Source: the human T2T-CHM13v2.0 reference genome, Homo sapiens. From it: 64,000 nt of DNA. Shown here piece after piece: positions 14,201 to 28,819 of this stretch. Made by a program: the position numbers and the translations under genes. The notes beneath the pieces were generated by a model. It searched no databases. It was not told the DNA's origin and saw only the letters and a program-made list of their open reading frames with translations. Position 1 is the first letter of the stretch. The number at the start of each line of letters is the position of its first letter. The stretch lies in NCBI RefSeq assembly GCF_009914755.1, contig NC_060926.1. One strand, given 5' to 3'.

Positions 14201-14649
14201 CAATGATGGAAATCTAAGAACACCTTCCTGGTGAATATTTTTCATTATTGCCTTGAACAACTACAGTAATGAAGTGTTCTTTAACTCTACCAATAGCATC
14301 AAATAGAAATAACATATAATACATTAGAAGACAAAATCAGCACCCTATTCTATGCCAAGACTTTTATACTCACATGCAAATAAAATTGGATTCATTTTAT
14401 TAAGAATGTTCCTCACACAATCACTCAACTATTTAACATAGATTGCATGTATTCTATTGCATCTACAATAAATTCTCAGAATAATGACAGATTCTTAAAA
14501 AAATAAAAGCTATTGAAGAAAGAAGCCAAAGAAGTTTATTTTTACAACCTTTTTTTCCTTCGGTATTCAGACTAACTCCTTCTCTTTCTTTTACCCTTAA
14601 ATTAATTGTATGATTCTTAATCATTTCCACTAAGTCCAAGGTTGCAAGA

Positions 14650-14804
14650 CTGTCTCTTCTCTTCCCCTACTGCCTTCTTTCCCCCCTCCCCTTTCCTTTC
14701 CTCTTTTCAGCCCTCCCCTCTCTTCCCTTCCATTTTTTTTCTCTTCCCTTCCTTTCATATGTCTTCTTCTCTTAACACACACACACGCACACACACACAC
14801 AGAG
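14650..14804. repeat. CT-rich low-complexity tract followed by (CA)n
   Basis: Directly visible. Confidence 0.85.
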
Positions 14805-17032
14805 AGATATGGTTTCCTGTGTCCCCACCCAAATCTCATCTTGAATTGTAACTCCCACAATTCCCATGTGTCATGGGAGGAACCCGGTGGTAGGTGATTG
14901 AATTATGAGGGCAGGTCTTTCCTATGCTGTTCTCATGATAGTGAATGAGACTTATGAGATCTGAAGGTTTTAAAAATGGGAGTTTCCCTGCACAAGCTCT
15001 CGCTTGTCTGCTGCCATGTGAGACATGCCTTTTACCTTCTGCCATGATTGTGAGGCCTCCCCAGCCACGTGGAATGGTAAGTTCAATAAACCTCTTCCTT
15101 TTGTAAATTGCCCAGTCTCAGGTATGTCTTTATTAGCAGCGTGAAAACAAACAAATACAGTAAATTGGTACCAGGAGAGTGGGGTACTGCTGAAAAGATG
15201 CCCAAAAATGTGGAAACAACTTTGGAACTGGGGAACAGGCAACGGTTGGAACAGTTTGGAGAGCTCAAAAGAAGACAGGAAAATGTAGGAAGGTATGGAA
15301 CTTCCTAGAGACTTGTTGAATGGCTTCACCCAAAATGCTGATAGTAGTAAGGACAATAAAGTCCAGGCTGAGGTGGTCTCAGACGGGAATAAGGAACTTG
15401 TTGGGAACTGGAGCAAAAGTGACTCTTGTTATGTTTTAGCAAAGAGACTGGTGGCATTTTACCCCTGCCCTAGAGATTTGTGGAACTTTGAACTTGAGAG
15501 AGATGATTTAGGGTAGCTGGCAGAAGAACTTTCCAGGCAGCAAAGCTTTCAAGAGGTGACTCAGGTGCCGTTAAAGGCATTCAGTTTCAAAAGGGAAACA
15601 GAGCATAAAAGTTCAGAAAATTTGCAGCCTACAATGCAAAAGAAAATAAAATCTCACTTTCTGAGGGTAAATTCAAGATGGCTGCAGAAATTTGCGTAAG
15701 TAACAAGGAGCCAAATGTTAATCCTCAAGATGATGGGGAAAATATTTCCAGTGCATATCAGACGCCTTCATGGCAGCCCCTCCCATCACAGGCCTGGAGG
15801 CCTAAGAGGAAGATGTGGTCTCATGGGCTGGCCCCAGGACCTCCATGCTGTGTGGGGCCTAGGGACTTGGGGCCCTGCATCCCAGCTGCTCCAGCCGTGG
15901 AAGGGAAAATATAGTGTGTGAAAGGGGCCAATATAGAGCCAGGCCGCAACTTCATGGGGTGCAAGTGTCAAGCCTTGGCAGCTTCCATGTGGTGTTAAGC
16001 CTGTGACTCCACAGAAGTCAAGAATGTGGCCTGGGAACCTCTGCCTAGATTTCAGAAGATGTATGGAAATGCCTGAATGCCCAAGCAGAAGTTTGCTGCA
16101 GGGGCAGGGTCCTCATAGAGAACCTCTGCTAGGGCAATGTGTAAGGGAAATGTGGGGTGGGAGTCCCACACAGAGTCCCTACTGGAGCACTGCCTAGTGG
16201 AGCTGTGAGCTCCAGACCCCAGAATGATAGATCCACTGACAGCTTGCACGGTATGCCTGTAAAAGCCACAGGTACTCAATGCCAGCCTGGAAAATCAGCT
16301 GGGAGGGCGGCTGTACCCTGCAAAACCACAGGGGCAGAGCTGCCCAAGACCATGGGAACCCACCCCTTGCATCAGTGTGACCTGGATATTAGACATGGAG
16401 TCAAAGGAGATCATTTTGGAGCTTTCAGATTTGACTGCCCTCCCTGGATTTTGGACTTTCATAGGGCCTGTAGCCCCTTTGTTTTGACCAATTTCTCCCA
16501 TTTAGAATGGTTGTATTTACCCAATGCCTGTACCCGCATTGTATCTAGGAAGTAACTAACTTGCTTTTGATTTTACAGGCTTATAGGCAGAAGGCACTTG
16601 CTGTATCTCCGATGAGACTTGGGACTATTGACTTTTGAGTTAATGCTGAAATGACATGAGATTTGGGAGGGACCAGGGGCAGAATCTTATGGTTTGGCTA
16701 TGTCCCCACCCAAATGTCATCTTGAATTGTAACTCCCACAATTCCCCCATGTTGTGGGAGGAACCCAGTGGGAGGTGATTGAATTATGGGAGTGGGTCTT
16801 TCCTGTGCTGTTCTCATAATTGTGAATGAGTCTCAGGAGATCTGATGACTGCAAAAATGGGAGTTTCCCTGCACAAGTTCTCTCTTGTCTGCCTCCATGT
16901 GAAACATGCCTTTCACCTGCCATGATTGTGAGGCCTACCCAGGCACATGGAACTGTAAATAAACGTCTTCCTTTTGTAAATTGCCCAGTCTCAGGTATGT
17001 CTTTATTAGCAGCATGAAAACAAACTAATACA
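14805..17032 (+). mobile_element. THE1B (MaLR) complete element: 5' LTR 14805-15159, internal 15160-16684, 3' LTR 16685-17032
   Basis: Two ~350-bp direct repeats (TATGGTTT..GTCCCCACCCAAAT ... AATACA). The internal region starts GTAAATTGGTACCAG and ends in a purine tract. ORFs 15295..15516 and 15678..15914 are decayed THE1-int pieces. Confidence 0.93.
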
Positions 17033-17898
17033 CACACACACACACGTACATACAAGTCTTAGTTGGTAGAGCAAGCCAGAAAAGGAACTAACTAATTCAG
17101 GACAGGGGAGGCTCTCTCCCTTTCTTAAAATCAAAAATCACAACACTTAGATGTTAATCCTCTGATTTCCCAGGAAGTTCCCATATCATTACATTTTATT
17201 TTATTTTTTTAAAGAACACTTATGAATACAGCAAATACCACAGGCTGGGTTATCTAGTATCCAAAGATACTCTCACTAGACTGTTATATTTTTTGTGATT
17301 TGACTTCTTTCTATTCACTAGCCTTTTCTTATTTTCCCACTCAGAATCCTCAATGACAATGTGCTGTTCTTTAAAATTAGAATCAATTTAAAGAAAAAGC
17401 ATTAAAATAAAAGTAAATAATATATCTTTGATCTATCAAAATATTTACATACAGCATTTTATGTTTTATAAAATATAATTTATTTCCTGCTAGTTTCCAA
17501 AGAATAAGCCATTTGAGATGACAAAGAAAACACAAAATAACAAAATAAATAAATGAGTAAATTAAACTGTTACAAGAAAAATTTGAGGTCATGTAGGATT
17601 AATCCTTTTTATTTTCTCTTATAATAAAAGTAAAACTACTCAACTTATTGAATAAAGATGAGAAGAAAAACACCAATTATCTCATTATTCAAGCACAACC
17701 TCTATTAACATTTTGCTAATTCTTTTTTTCTATGTATCTTTTTGTAGTTATAAATATGGTCTATATATAATTGTGCTTTTTTTTAACTGAGCATTGTCAT
17801 ACAAATTTTACAAACAAAATCCTACAAAGGACTCCAACAACACAGTTACTTTACTTAATGTTTTGCTTAGTTTTGAATTTTCTATAAGAAAAGACAAA

Positions 17899-17921
17899 AC
17901 ACACACACACACACACACACA
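17899..17921. repeat. (CA)n microsatellite
   Basis: About 11 units. Confidence 0.9.
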
Positions 17922-18629
17922 AAAGCACAACTCTGTGTGATCTATTTTTGTCAATGTACTATAAAAGAAATCATATGATATCAACAGGAGCAGTAAGGTT
18001 TTCCTGGCACTAATTTCTAATGGAGATTTATATGGTGTCTTCTAAGAGGCCAAATATGAAAGCACACTGAGTAATCATGCTGATTTCTGTGCTGTAATGA
18101 TTTCCTATGAAAAAAGTAAACAAAGACCCAGTACATAATTTAACCTGACCACATTCCAAATATTGATTAGACTAGATTACCTTGCTTGTGGAAAGGAATT
18201 GTTGCCCAGTTATACAGAAGCCCACTCATGCATCTCCTGATGGGTTATCATTGTCGTATCAGAGAACACCAATGCAAGTCCCCACATTCACACCACTGCA
18301 CACTAGGCCACCAATTAATATTACAAAGCTAAGAAGTTAGTCAAGCTGCATAAATCTAATAATGCTTCGTATTTGAGAGGGATTTCTGAGATACTGTATT
18401 CTTTCTTAGCAGAGGTTTCAGAACTGACTAGAAAGAGGCAGAGATAGAGCCAATGACACTCTGAAGAACTTAAAGGAGATCAGAGACTCTTTTATCCCCT
18501 CATCTGACATTTTCTAATGGTATCTCATTCTCACCATTATGGAATTACTCTATGAGTTTACTTAAGGAGCTACACACAATATAAATCTTTGGCTGAATGT
18601 TAACTCTTCCACTTAGCCTCTGGATTTCA

Positions 18630-19028
<399 letters not shown>

Positions 19029-19039
19029 CTAATATTTTT

Positions 19040-19200
19040 ATACTTTATCCTTACAACAACATTAATTAATTATTATGGCCCTATTTTTCAGATGGGAAAC
19101 TGCAGTCCAAATAGTTATTAAATGGCCACAGTTATGTCTATTAAATTGCAGAAGCAAAGTTCTCTCTCATATATGTTTAACTCCAGTGTTGGTTTTTTAT
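19040..19200 (+). mobile_element. MIR fragment
   Basis: 'ctatttttcagatgggaaactgcagtcc' matches the MIR core. Confidence 0.55.
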
Positions 19201-19501
19201 ATAGCACCAACAGATGCTCTTCTTTTATTCTAATTGCTATTCATTCTCTTTCCTTTCCTTCAGTGCTTTCATTTTTGGCATTGAGATTGTTTTTTATTTC
19301 TATCTTCATTTCCTATCACCCTTGATCTCCCTGCATTTTGCCATCTGACTCATCATAATACCAATACCCCTGTCTTGTAGATGGATCAACACTAATTAAG
19401 TGATCTTATAATCCTTAATTCTTCCCTTTCTCTTCCACAAATGCAATGTTGATCACTCTATCCTCAAGACTTGCATTGCCCTAATTAACATGGCATTGTT
19501 G

Positions 19502-22500
19502 TTTTCTTTTTATTTATTTATTTAATTTTTTTATTATTATACTTTAAGTTCTAGGGTACACGTGCACAATGTGCAGGTTTGATACATAGGTATACATGTG
19601 CCATGTTGGTTTGCTGCACCCATTAACTTGTCATTTACATTAGGTATTTCTCCTAATGCTATCCCTCCCCCGTCCCCTCAGCCCACAACAGGCCCCGGGG
19701 TGTGATGTTCCCCAACCTGTGTCCAAGAGTTCTCATTGTTCGATTCCCACCTATGAGTGAGAACATGCGGTGTTTCATTTTCTGTCCTTGTGATAGTTTG
19801 TTCATAATGATGGTTTCCAGCTGCATCCATGTCGCTGCAAAGGACATGAACTCATCTTTTTTATGGCTGCATAGTATTCCATGGTGTATATGTGCCACAT
19901 TTTCTTAATCCAGTCTATCACTGATGGACATTTGGGTTGGTTCCAAGTCTTTGCTATTGTGAATAGTGCCGCAATAAACATACATGTGCATGTGTCTTTA
20001 TAGTAGCATGATTTATAATCCTTTGGGTATATACCCAGTAATGGGATCACTGGGTCAAATGGTATTTCTAGTTCTAGATCCTTGAGGAATCGCCACACTG
20101 TCTTCCACAATGGTTGAACTAGTTTGCATTCCCGCCAACAGTGTCAAAGCGTTCCTACTTCTCCACATGCTCTCCAGCATCTGTTGTTTCCTGACTTTTT
20201 AATGATCGCCATTCTAACTGGTGTGAGATGGTATCTCATTGTGGTTTTGATTTGCATTTCTCTGATGACCAATGATGATGAGCATTTTTTCATATGTCTG
20301 ATGGCTGCATAAATGTCTTCTTTTGAGAAGTGTCTGTTCATATCCTTCACCCACTTTTTGATGGGGTTGTTTTTTTCTTGTAAATTTGTTTAAGTTCTTT
20401 GCAGATTCTGGATATTAGCCCTTTGTCGGATGGATAGATTGCAAAATTTTCTCCCATTCTGTAGGTTGCCTGTTCACTCTGATAATAGTTTCTTTTGCTG
20501 TGCAATAGCTCTTTAGTTTAATTAGATCCCATTTGTCTATTTTGGCTTTTATTGCCATTCCTTTTGGTGTTTTAGTCATGAAGTCCTTGCCCATGCCTAT
20601 GTCCTGAATGGTATTGCCCAGGTTTTCTTCTAGGGTTTTTATGGTTTTAGGTCTAACATTTAAGTCTTTAATCCATCTTGAATTAATTTTTGTATAAGGT
20701 GTAAGGAAAGGATCCACTTTCAGCTTTCTACATATGGCTAGCCAGTTTTCCCAGCACCATTTATTAAATAGGGAATCCTATCCCTATTTCTTTTTTTGTC
20801 AGGTTCGTCAAAGATCAGATGGTTGTAGATGTGTGATGTTATTTCTGAGGCCTCTGTTCTGTTCCATTGGTCTATATCTCTGTTTTGGTACCAGCACCAT
20901 GCTGTTTTGGTTACTGTAGCCTTGCAGTATAGTTTGAAGTCAGGTAGCATGATGCCTCCCGCTTTGTTCTTTTGACTTAGGATTGTCTTGGAAACGCGGG
21001 CTCTTTTTTGGTTTCACATGAACTTTAAAGTAGTTTTTTCCAATTCTGTGAAGAAAGTCATTGGTAGCTTGATGGGGATGGCATTGAATCTATAAATTAC
21101 CTTGGGCAGTATGGTCATTTTCATGGTATTGATTTTTCCTATCCATGAGCATGGAATGTTCTTCCATTTGTTTGTGTCCTCTTTCATTTCATTGAGCAGT
21201 GGTTTGTAGTTCTCCATGAAGAGGTCCCTCACATCCCAGGTAAGTTGGATTCGTAGGTAGTTTATTCTCTTTGTAGCAATTATGAATGGGAGTTCACTCA
21301 TGATTTGGCTCTCTGTTTGTCTGTTATTGGTGTATAGGAATGCTGGTGATTTTTGCACACTGATTTTGTATCTGGAGACTTTGCTGAAGTTGCTTATCAG
21401 CTTAAGGAGATTTTGGGCTGAGATAATGGGGTTTTCTAAATATGCAATCATGCCATCTGCAAACAGGGACAATTTGACTTCCTCTTTTCCTAATTGAATA
21501 CCCTTTATTTCTTTCTCTTGCCTGATTGCCCTGGCCAGAACTTCCAAAACTATGTTAAATAGAAGTGGAGGGAGAGGGCATCCCTGTTTTGTGCCAGTTT
21601 TCAAAGGGAATGCTTCCAGTTTTCGCCCTTTCAGTATGATATTGGCTGTGGGATAGCCGATTTGATCAAGTGGAAGAAAGGGTATCAGTGATTGAAGATC
21701 AAATTAATGAAACGAAGCGAGAAGAGAAGTTTGGAGAAAAAAGAGTGAAAAGAAATCAGCAAAGCCTCCGAGAAATATCAGACTATGTGAAAAGACCAAA
21801 TCTATGTTTGATTGGTGTACCTGAAAGTGACCAGGAGAGTAGAACCAAGCTGGAAAACATTCTTCAGGATATTATCCAGGAGAACTTCCCCAACCTAGTA
21901 AGGCAGGCCAACATTCAAATTCAGGAAATACAGAGAACACCACAAAGATACTCCTCGAGAAGAGCAACCCCCAAGACACATAATTGTCAGAATCTCCAAG
22001 GTTGAAATTAAGCAAAAAATGTTAAGGGCAGCCAGAGAGAAAGGTTGGGTTACCCACAAAGAGAAGCCCATCAGACTAACAGCAGATCTCTCAGCAGAAA
22101 CTCTACAAGCCAGAAGAGAGTGAGGGTCAATATTCAACATTCTTAAAGAAAAGAATTTTCAACCCAGAATTTCATATCCAGCCAACTAAGCTTCACAAAT
22201 GAAGGAGAAATAAAATCCTTTATGGACAAGCAAATGCTGAGAGATTTTGTCACCACCAGGCCTGCCTTACAAGAGCTCCTGGAGGAAGCACTAAACATGG
22301 AAAGGAACAACCAGTACCAGCTACTGCAAAAACATGCCAAATTGTAAAGTCCATTGATACTAAGAAGAAACTGCATCAACTAATGGGCAAAATAACCAGC
22401 TAACATCATAATGACAGGATCAAATTCACACATAACAATATTAACCTTAAATGTAAATGGGTTAAATGTACATGGGTTGAATTAAAGACACAGACTGAAA

Positions 22501-24350
22501 AGTTGGTTAAAGAGTCAAGACCCATCAATGGGCTGTATTCAGGTGACCCATCTCATTTGTTGAGACACACGTAGGCTCAAAATTAAGAGATAGAGGAAGA
22601 TCTACCAATCAAATGGAAAGCAAAAGGAAAGCAGGGGTTGCAATCCTAGTCTCTGATAAAACAGACTTTAAACCAACAAAGATCAAAAGAGACAAAGAAG
22701 GCCATTACATAACGGAAAAGGGATCAATTCAACAAGAGGAGCTAACTGTCCTAAATATGTATGCACCCAATACAGGAACATCCAGATTCATAAAGCAAGT
22801 TCTTACAGACCTACAAAGAGACTTAGAGTCCCACACAATAATAATGGGAGACTTTAACACACCACTGTCAATATTAGACAGATCAACAAGACAGAAGGTT
22901 GACAGGGATATCTAGGACTTGAACTCAGCTCTGCACCAAGCAGACCTAATAGACATCTATAGAACTCTCCACTCCAAATCAACAGAATATATATTATTCT
23001 CAGCACTACATTGCACTTGTTCCAAAATTGACCACATAGTTGGAAGTAAAGCACTCCTCAGCAAATGTAAAAGAACAGAAATCACAACAAACTGTGTCTC
23101 AGACAACAATGCAATCAAACTAGAACTCAGGATTAAGAAACTCTCTCAAAACCACACAACTACATGGAAACTGAACAACCTGCTCCTGAATGACTACTGG
23201 GTAAATAACGAAATGAATGCAGAAATAAAGATCTTCTTTGAAACCGATGAGAACGAAGACACAACATACCAGAATCTCTGGGACACATTCAAAGCAGTGT
23301 GTAGAGGAAAACTAGTAACACTAAATGCCCACAGACAAAGCAGGAAAGATCTAAAATCGAAACCCTAACATCACAATGAAAAGAACTAGAGAAGCAGAGC
23401 AAACAAATTCAAAAGCTAGCAGAAGGCAAGAAATAACTAAGATCAGAGCAGAACTGAAGGAGATAGAGACACAAAAAACCCTTCAAAAAATCAACGAATC
23501 CAGGAGCTGCTTTTTTTGAAAAGATTAACAAAATTGATAGACTGCTAGGAAGACTAATAAAAAAGAAAAGACAGAAGAATCAAATAGATGCAATAAAAAA
23601 TGATAAAGGGGATATCACCACTGATCCCACAGAAATACAAACTACCAACAGAAAATACTATAAACACCTCTATGGAAATAAACTAGAAAATCTAGAAGAA
23701 ATGGATAAATTTCTGGACACATACACCCTCCAAAGACTAAACCAGGAAGAAGTTGAATCTCTGAATAGACCAGTAACAGGTTCTGAAATTGAGGCAATAA
23801 TTAATAGCTTACCAACCAAAAAAAGTCCAGGACGAGACAGATTCATAACTGAATTCTACCAGAGGTAAAAAGAGGAGCTGGCACCATTCCTTCTGAAACT
23901 ATTCCAATCAATAGAAAAAGAGGGAATCCTCCCTAACTCATTTTATGAGGCCAACAACATCCTGATACCAAAGCCTGGCAGAGACACAGCAAAAAAAAAA
24001 GATAATTTTAGACCAATATCCATGATGAACATCGACGTGAAAATCCTCAGTAAAATACTGGCAAACCGAATCCAGCAGCACATCAAAAAGCTTATCCACC
24101 ACGATCAAGTTGGCTTCATCACTGCGATGCAAGGTTGGTTCAACATATGCAAATCAATAAACATAATCCATTACATAAACAGAACCAACAACAAAACCAC
24201 ATGATTATCTCAATAGATGCAGAAAAGGCCTTGGACAAAATTCCACAGCCCTTCATGCTAAAAACTCTTAATAAACTAGGTATTGATGGAACGTTTCTCA
24301 AAATAATAACGGCTATTTATGACAAATCCACAGCCAATATCATACTGAAT
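19502..24350 (-). mobile_element. L1PA5-7-like LINE-1 with a large 5' inversion (sense on minus 21652->19502; inverted ORF1 3' half plus ORF2 N-terminal part on plus 21653-24350)
   Basis: Minus ORFs 19802..21604 are ORF2 RT/C-terminal pieces. Plus ORFs are 21670..22005 (ORF1p), 22613..23368 (endonuclease, 'YAPNTG', 'GDFNTPLS', 'SKIDH') and 24022..24437. Poly-T tail at 19502. Frameshifted. Confidence 0.95.
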
Positions 24351-24444
24351 GAGCTATTTTCTTTTTTTACTCCTATGTATAACTATAGTTATATTTTAAA
24401 ATGCCCTTCCTTAGTTTTTGTTACGGTGTATTATTAGTTAAGTA

Positions 24445-24600
24445 ATTACATCAGACAGAACCAAATTTGAATCTCAACTCCGCCAGATATTGGCTGTGTG
24501 ATCTTGTTTATGTTTTCTGGGCAAGGTCAGAAAACTGAGCCCCAACTTCACCATCTATGAAAGGTGGTTTCAAGGGATAAATAAAAGTTGCTCATTAAAC
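24445..24600 (-). mobile_element. MIR fragment
   Basis: 'tttgaatctcaactccgcca...gctgtgtgatcttg...ccatctatgaaagg'. Confidence 0.55.
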
Positions 24601-25107
24601 ACACCCGACACGACGGACACTCAAGACCTGTCAGTTCACAAACCCAAAGTTAGCACAACAAAACATTTCAAATGTATTAATTTTTTCTGCATTGTTGAGA
24701 TATGTGCCACATCACTTCAGGAGGGTCCCTAAGGAGGCAGGCAGCCTGCCATGCAATAGTTCCTTTTGGCAGCACCTTGAACTTGCCAAGTAGATATTGA
24801 AATTGCAACAACAATATCAAAAGTAAGGCACTTCAAACAAGCAGAATATAAAGAACCCACTTAATCTGTTTGTCTAATACTTTTTGGGTAGTCTCAAGAA
24901 GTTAAAAAATAATAATAATTAATATGTTATGCCTCTGAAGAACTGTAACCCTCAAACAGGGAATTGCAACTGAAATGGAACATCCAACCCATATCCCCAT
25001 GAGGTATGAAGACAGTGAAGTCAAAGGATGTGAGCATTCGAGAGAATTCAGGTATGACTATTGTCTCTGGAAGTAACCATATTACTACTATTTTCTTGAT
25101 TAATTAT

Positions 25108-25614
25108 TATGCTAGTAGGAATAATCATCTCACTTCATTCCCCTCCACCCAAAGATACCCATGTCCTAATTTCTGTAAACTTTGAATATCTTATTCCTAT
25201 ATGATGGGGAAATTATGTTTTCAGATGGGAAAAGTTGTTAATCAGCTGACTTTTAGGTGGGGAGTTTATCTTGGGTTATCCGAGTGTGCCCAACTTAATC
25301 AAAGAGATTCTAATAAGTGAAAGAAGGAGTCAGAAGAGTGAGCATCGGACTCAGAGAGCAATTAAAAGATGCTGACTTTGAGCTGGAAGAAGCTATGAGC
25401 CAAGGAATGCAAGCAGCTCTAGAAGCTGAAAAAGTCAAGGAAATAGAGTCTTCCCTAGAGCCTCTAGAATGCCCTGTACACATTTTGATTTTAGGCCATT
25501 AAGTTCTATTTTGGACTCTGACCTCCATAACTATCAGAGAAGAGAATATGTTTGTATTGTTTAAGTCACTAAGTTTATTGTAATTTTTATGATGGTAATA
25601 ACAAAATTAAGACA
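25108..25614 (+). mobile_element. MLT1D-like MaLR solo LTR
   Basis: 'cccaaagatacccatgtcctaat', 'gagccaaggaatgcaagcagctctagaagctgaaaaagtcaaggaaatagagtcttccctagagcctc', ending 'aattaagaca'. Confidence 0.8.
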
Positions 25615-25849
25615 AGTATTATTTCAAGTTATCCTTGTGGTAAATCTTTCTGTGTAAAATAAGCAGAAAAAAATGGTAGTTGAATTTTCTACAGGGAATA
25701 ATAATGGTTCCTTGAGAGTACTGCCCTTCCAAAAAAAAACTATTTAAAATTAAAATTTTAAGTAGTTTTATAAGGAACTAAAATCAAATTTGAGTGAATA
25801 TATTCCTGAGAAAATTGTTTTTTTAAAAAATAAAAAATACCCCCTTCCA

Positions 25850-25875
25850 ACACACACACACACACACACACACAC
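25850..25875. repeat. (CA)n microsatellite
   Basis: About 13 units. Confidence 0.9.
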
Positions 25876-28752
25876 AATTATAAATGGGTCCTGATGCTCA
25901 TGGAATGTTTTAGACAATAATACATCCTGAAAGTTGGAAACAGCAGAAAAGTAATGCCCTTTTCACTTTGCCCCTTACTGTCAACTTATTGCAATAAGGG
26001 AAAAATCCTAGAAAAAATATATATCTTCAAAAAAAGTAATACATCATGTTAATCTATAATTTCTGACCATGTCTATACCTTTAATGATGCCAAACCTAAA
26101 TCAAAACAAAAAATAGTAAATTGACTCATGTACAATGATAATAGTCAGAATATTTGTAGAAAAGAGATACTTGATTACACTTGGTAATTTAAAACAGCCA
26201 TACCATTAAACCTAGCTCCTAGTTCATTTTGGCAGTACCTCCTCAACTCAGATCACTTAGAAATAAGAGGGCATTATAGAATTCCATAAAGTGGAATCTG
26301 GTTGAGTATCTGTCAAAGAAGGAGATGGCATAGACTATGTCATTCGATTTAAATGTCTTGAATGAAATAATCGGAAAAATATTGTCTTATACCTAATTAG
26401 ACCACCCCTTAGCTGAAGGTGGTTATAGGCAGCTGAGCTGCTTCTTTCGCCAGACAGCAAATTGCACTGGTTTTAGCATTAGCTTCATTTTGTGGTTCCA
26501 AGAAGTTTCATCCCACTATTCCTAAGAGATTCGAAGTTTAAGTGAGAAAAGAATGATTTATACACCTAAACATCTATCTTTGAGAAAAGTCTCTAAAATA
26601 AAATGTTATTCTTTTCCCAGTTAGAACTGCTATAAACAATTAACTGGGAGACCACATGAAAACATTAGTAAAGGAAATGTGCACATCATCTGAACATCTG
26701 GAGATTGTTTATTTTCTTCTGGCTTGAGGAAAGCTCTATGTGAAAACCTCAAGCAACATTTTACTATCATTTTTCATCCAGCCTCAATTAAGTAGGACAT
26801 GGTTTTATACCTTTGGTGGTTTTGAGGTTTTGGCACTCCTTGCACACTTGGGGCTGGATATTTCTTCCACATTACAGCTGTTTTTAATATAGACAATGAA
26901 AACTAGAGGAAATGTACTAACTTTATTGCTTTATTGAGTGTTGTTGCTTTTTGACCTTTTTTAGCACTCGCTTTAGGTGACCTGCTCTAGATTAATCCAA
27001 AATCATTATTTCAATACGTTGAGTTTCCTGTCAAAACAGATACATTATGAGTTGTCTGTGCATCTAGTAGTCCCTTTCCTCTTGCAAAAATATATTGAAT
27101 CTTCACCCACAGATGAGTGTGGTCATCATTTTTCCATGATGACCTTTAAAGAATGAGAATAATAAATTTTAGTGGGTCTATCAAAAATGATGATAGTCAC
27201 ATTTATAATGTATACATTATCAGTTTGGCAAGATTTGATCTCTTATACCTCCCCTAATCTCAGCATAATATTAATATCAGAGAACATTTTTGTGTGTATG
27301 AAAAAAATCTACAGTTACATAGTCCCAGCTAGTCTTAAGTTACAAATTTCACCAAATTTAGATTATTTCTTAAAATATCTATAATATTTCAGAGTTTTTT
27401 TTAAAGGCCTAAATGACAATACCCCACATGAGGATTTAAATAATAAAATCCAAAGAATAGTGATAGCAATGGTGGTGATCATAACTGAACAAAGTGATTT
27501 AAACTTTTATTAAAATTGCAAAGGACTTTTATGCATGGATTTTATTTTGTAATCTATGAGGCGGCCTATACAGGATTATTCAATATTTTGGAAAACAAGT
27601 AAAATGAAGTCCAAGGAAATTAAATATCTTGTGTGAGATGACACTTCCATGAAGTGAAAATCCAGGTTTCTTGGACTTAGCCCTGCAGTCTTTACTGTCA
27701 GCAGTTTTCTTTATTAGTTTCTCTTGTGACTAAAAGAATGATCTGGACACTTTTCTACCAAGCTTTTCTGGAAAATACATTAATGAACTTGTAAGGAATT
27801 TCTGAACACAGTATTACTCAGGGACTCAATTAGAGTGTGATATTCCTGTTATTTAAAGAGCAAAACTATACTTGGTAAAAGAACCTAATATTATGCAGTA
27901 ATCATTGTAAAAACTTGCTTTCAATTTGCTTCCGCTAGTCTATGCTTGCATAATCTGGAAAACATAAAAAAAATTATTGTGGAGACACAATACAGGCAAT
28001 TATTTAGGGGCAATAAACGTTCTGGGGATTTAGTGCTTCCAACTTCACCAGTAAACTTTTATTTCTTCAGGACAAGGTCTTTATTTAGCCTATCTCTAAC
28101 TATCCACTCAGTCCTTACAAAGCAATCATAATAATGAATAAGTAGAAGAATGCTAGCAAAAAGTTCTACAATTATAAACATTAGTAAAATGCAAAGTGCT
28201 ATTCTTCATATTTCGGATCACTTCTACAACTACACAGGGTAAGAATAATGCCATAGCATTCCTAAATATTTTTGTGCACTGATTTCTAGCCCAATCAGTG
28301 ATTAATCTAAGAACTTTGTGCAAGAGTGATCTATCAAATGAAATTAGTTGTGACCAAGTACTCTCCTTATTTGTGCAATGATAACATCAAGCTTAATGTA
28401 ACACAATGTAAAATGGAAGTTGTAGTTGAAGTACTGTGGCAATACATACCACATTTTAAAGAGAAGTGAAAAGGTATGATACCAGGAATGCATATTAACC
28501 AGTTATAAACAATTTATGACTTTTAAACTATTCATCCCCTTTGAGGAGATAAGAGGGCTTCACGTGGTTACAGATTAGAATATACTTTGGCTAACAGATA
28601 TTAGTGGATGACCATCACAACTTCTATAAAGAAGGATTACAGGAAGCCTGTTTCTCACTTCCAGACTAAGAAAAGAAGCTTTACTTGGGAACTCAGAACA
28701 TCTTACATGGCTCTAACCTAGTTTGTGAGACACAATGGACTGCTCTCTGACA

Positions 28753-28755
<3 letters not shown>

Positions 28756-28809
<54 letters not shown>
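28756..28809. repeat. (TA)n microsatellite
   Basis: About 27 uninterrupted TA units. Confidence 0.97.
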
Positions 28810-28819
<10 letters not shown>

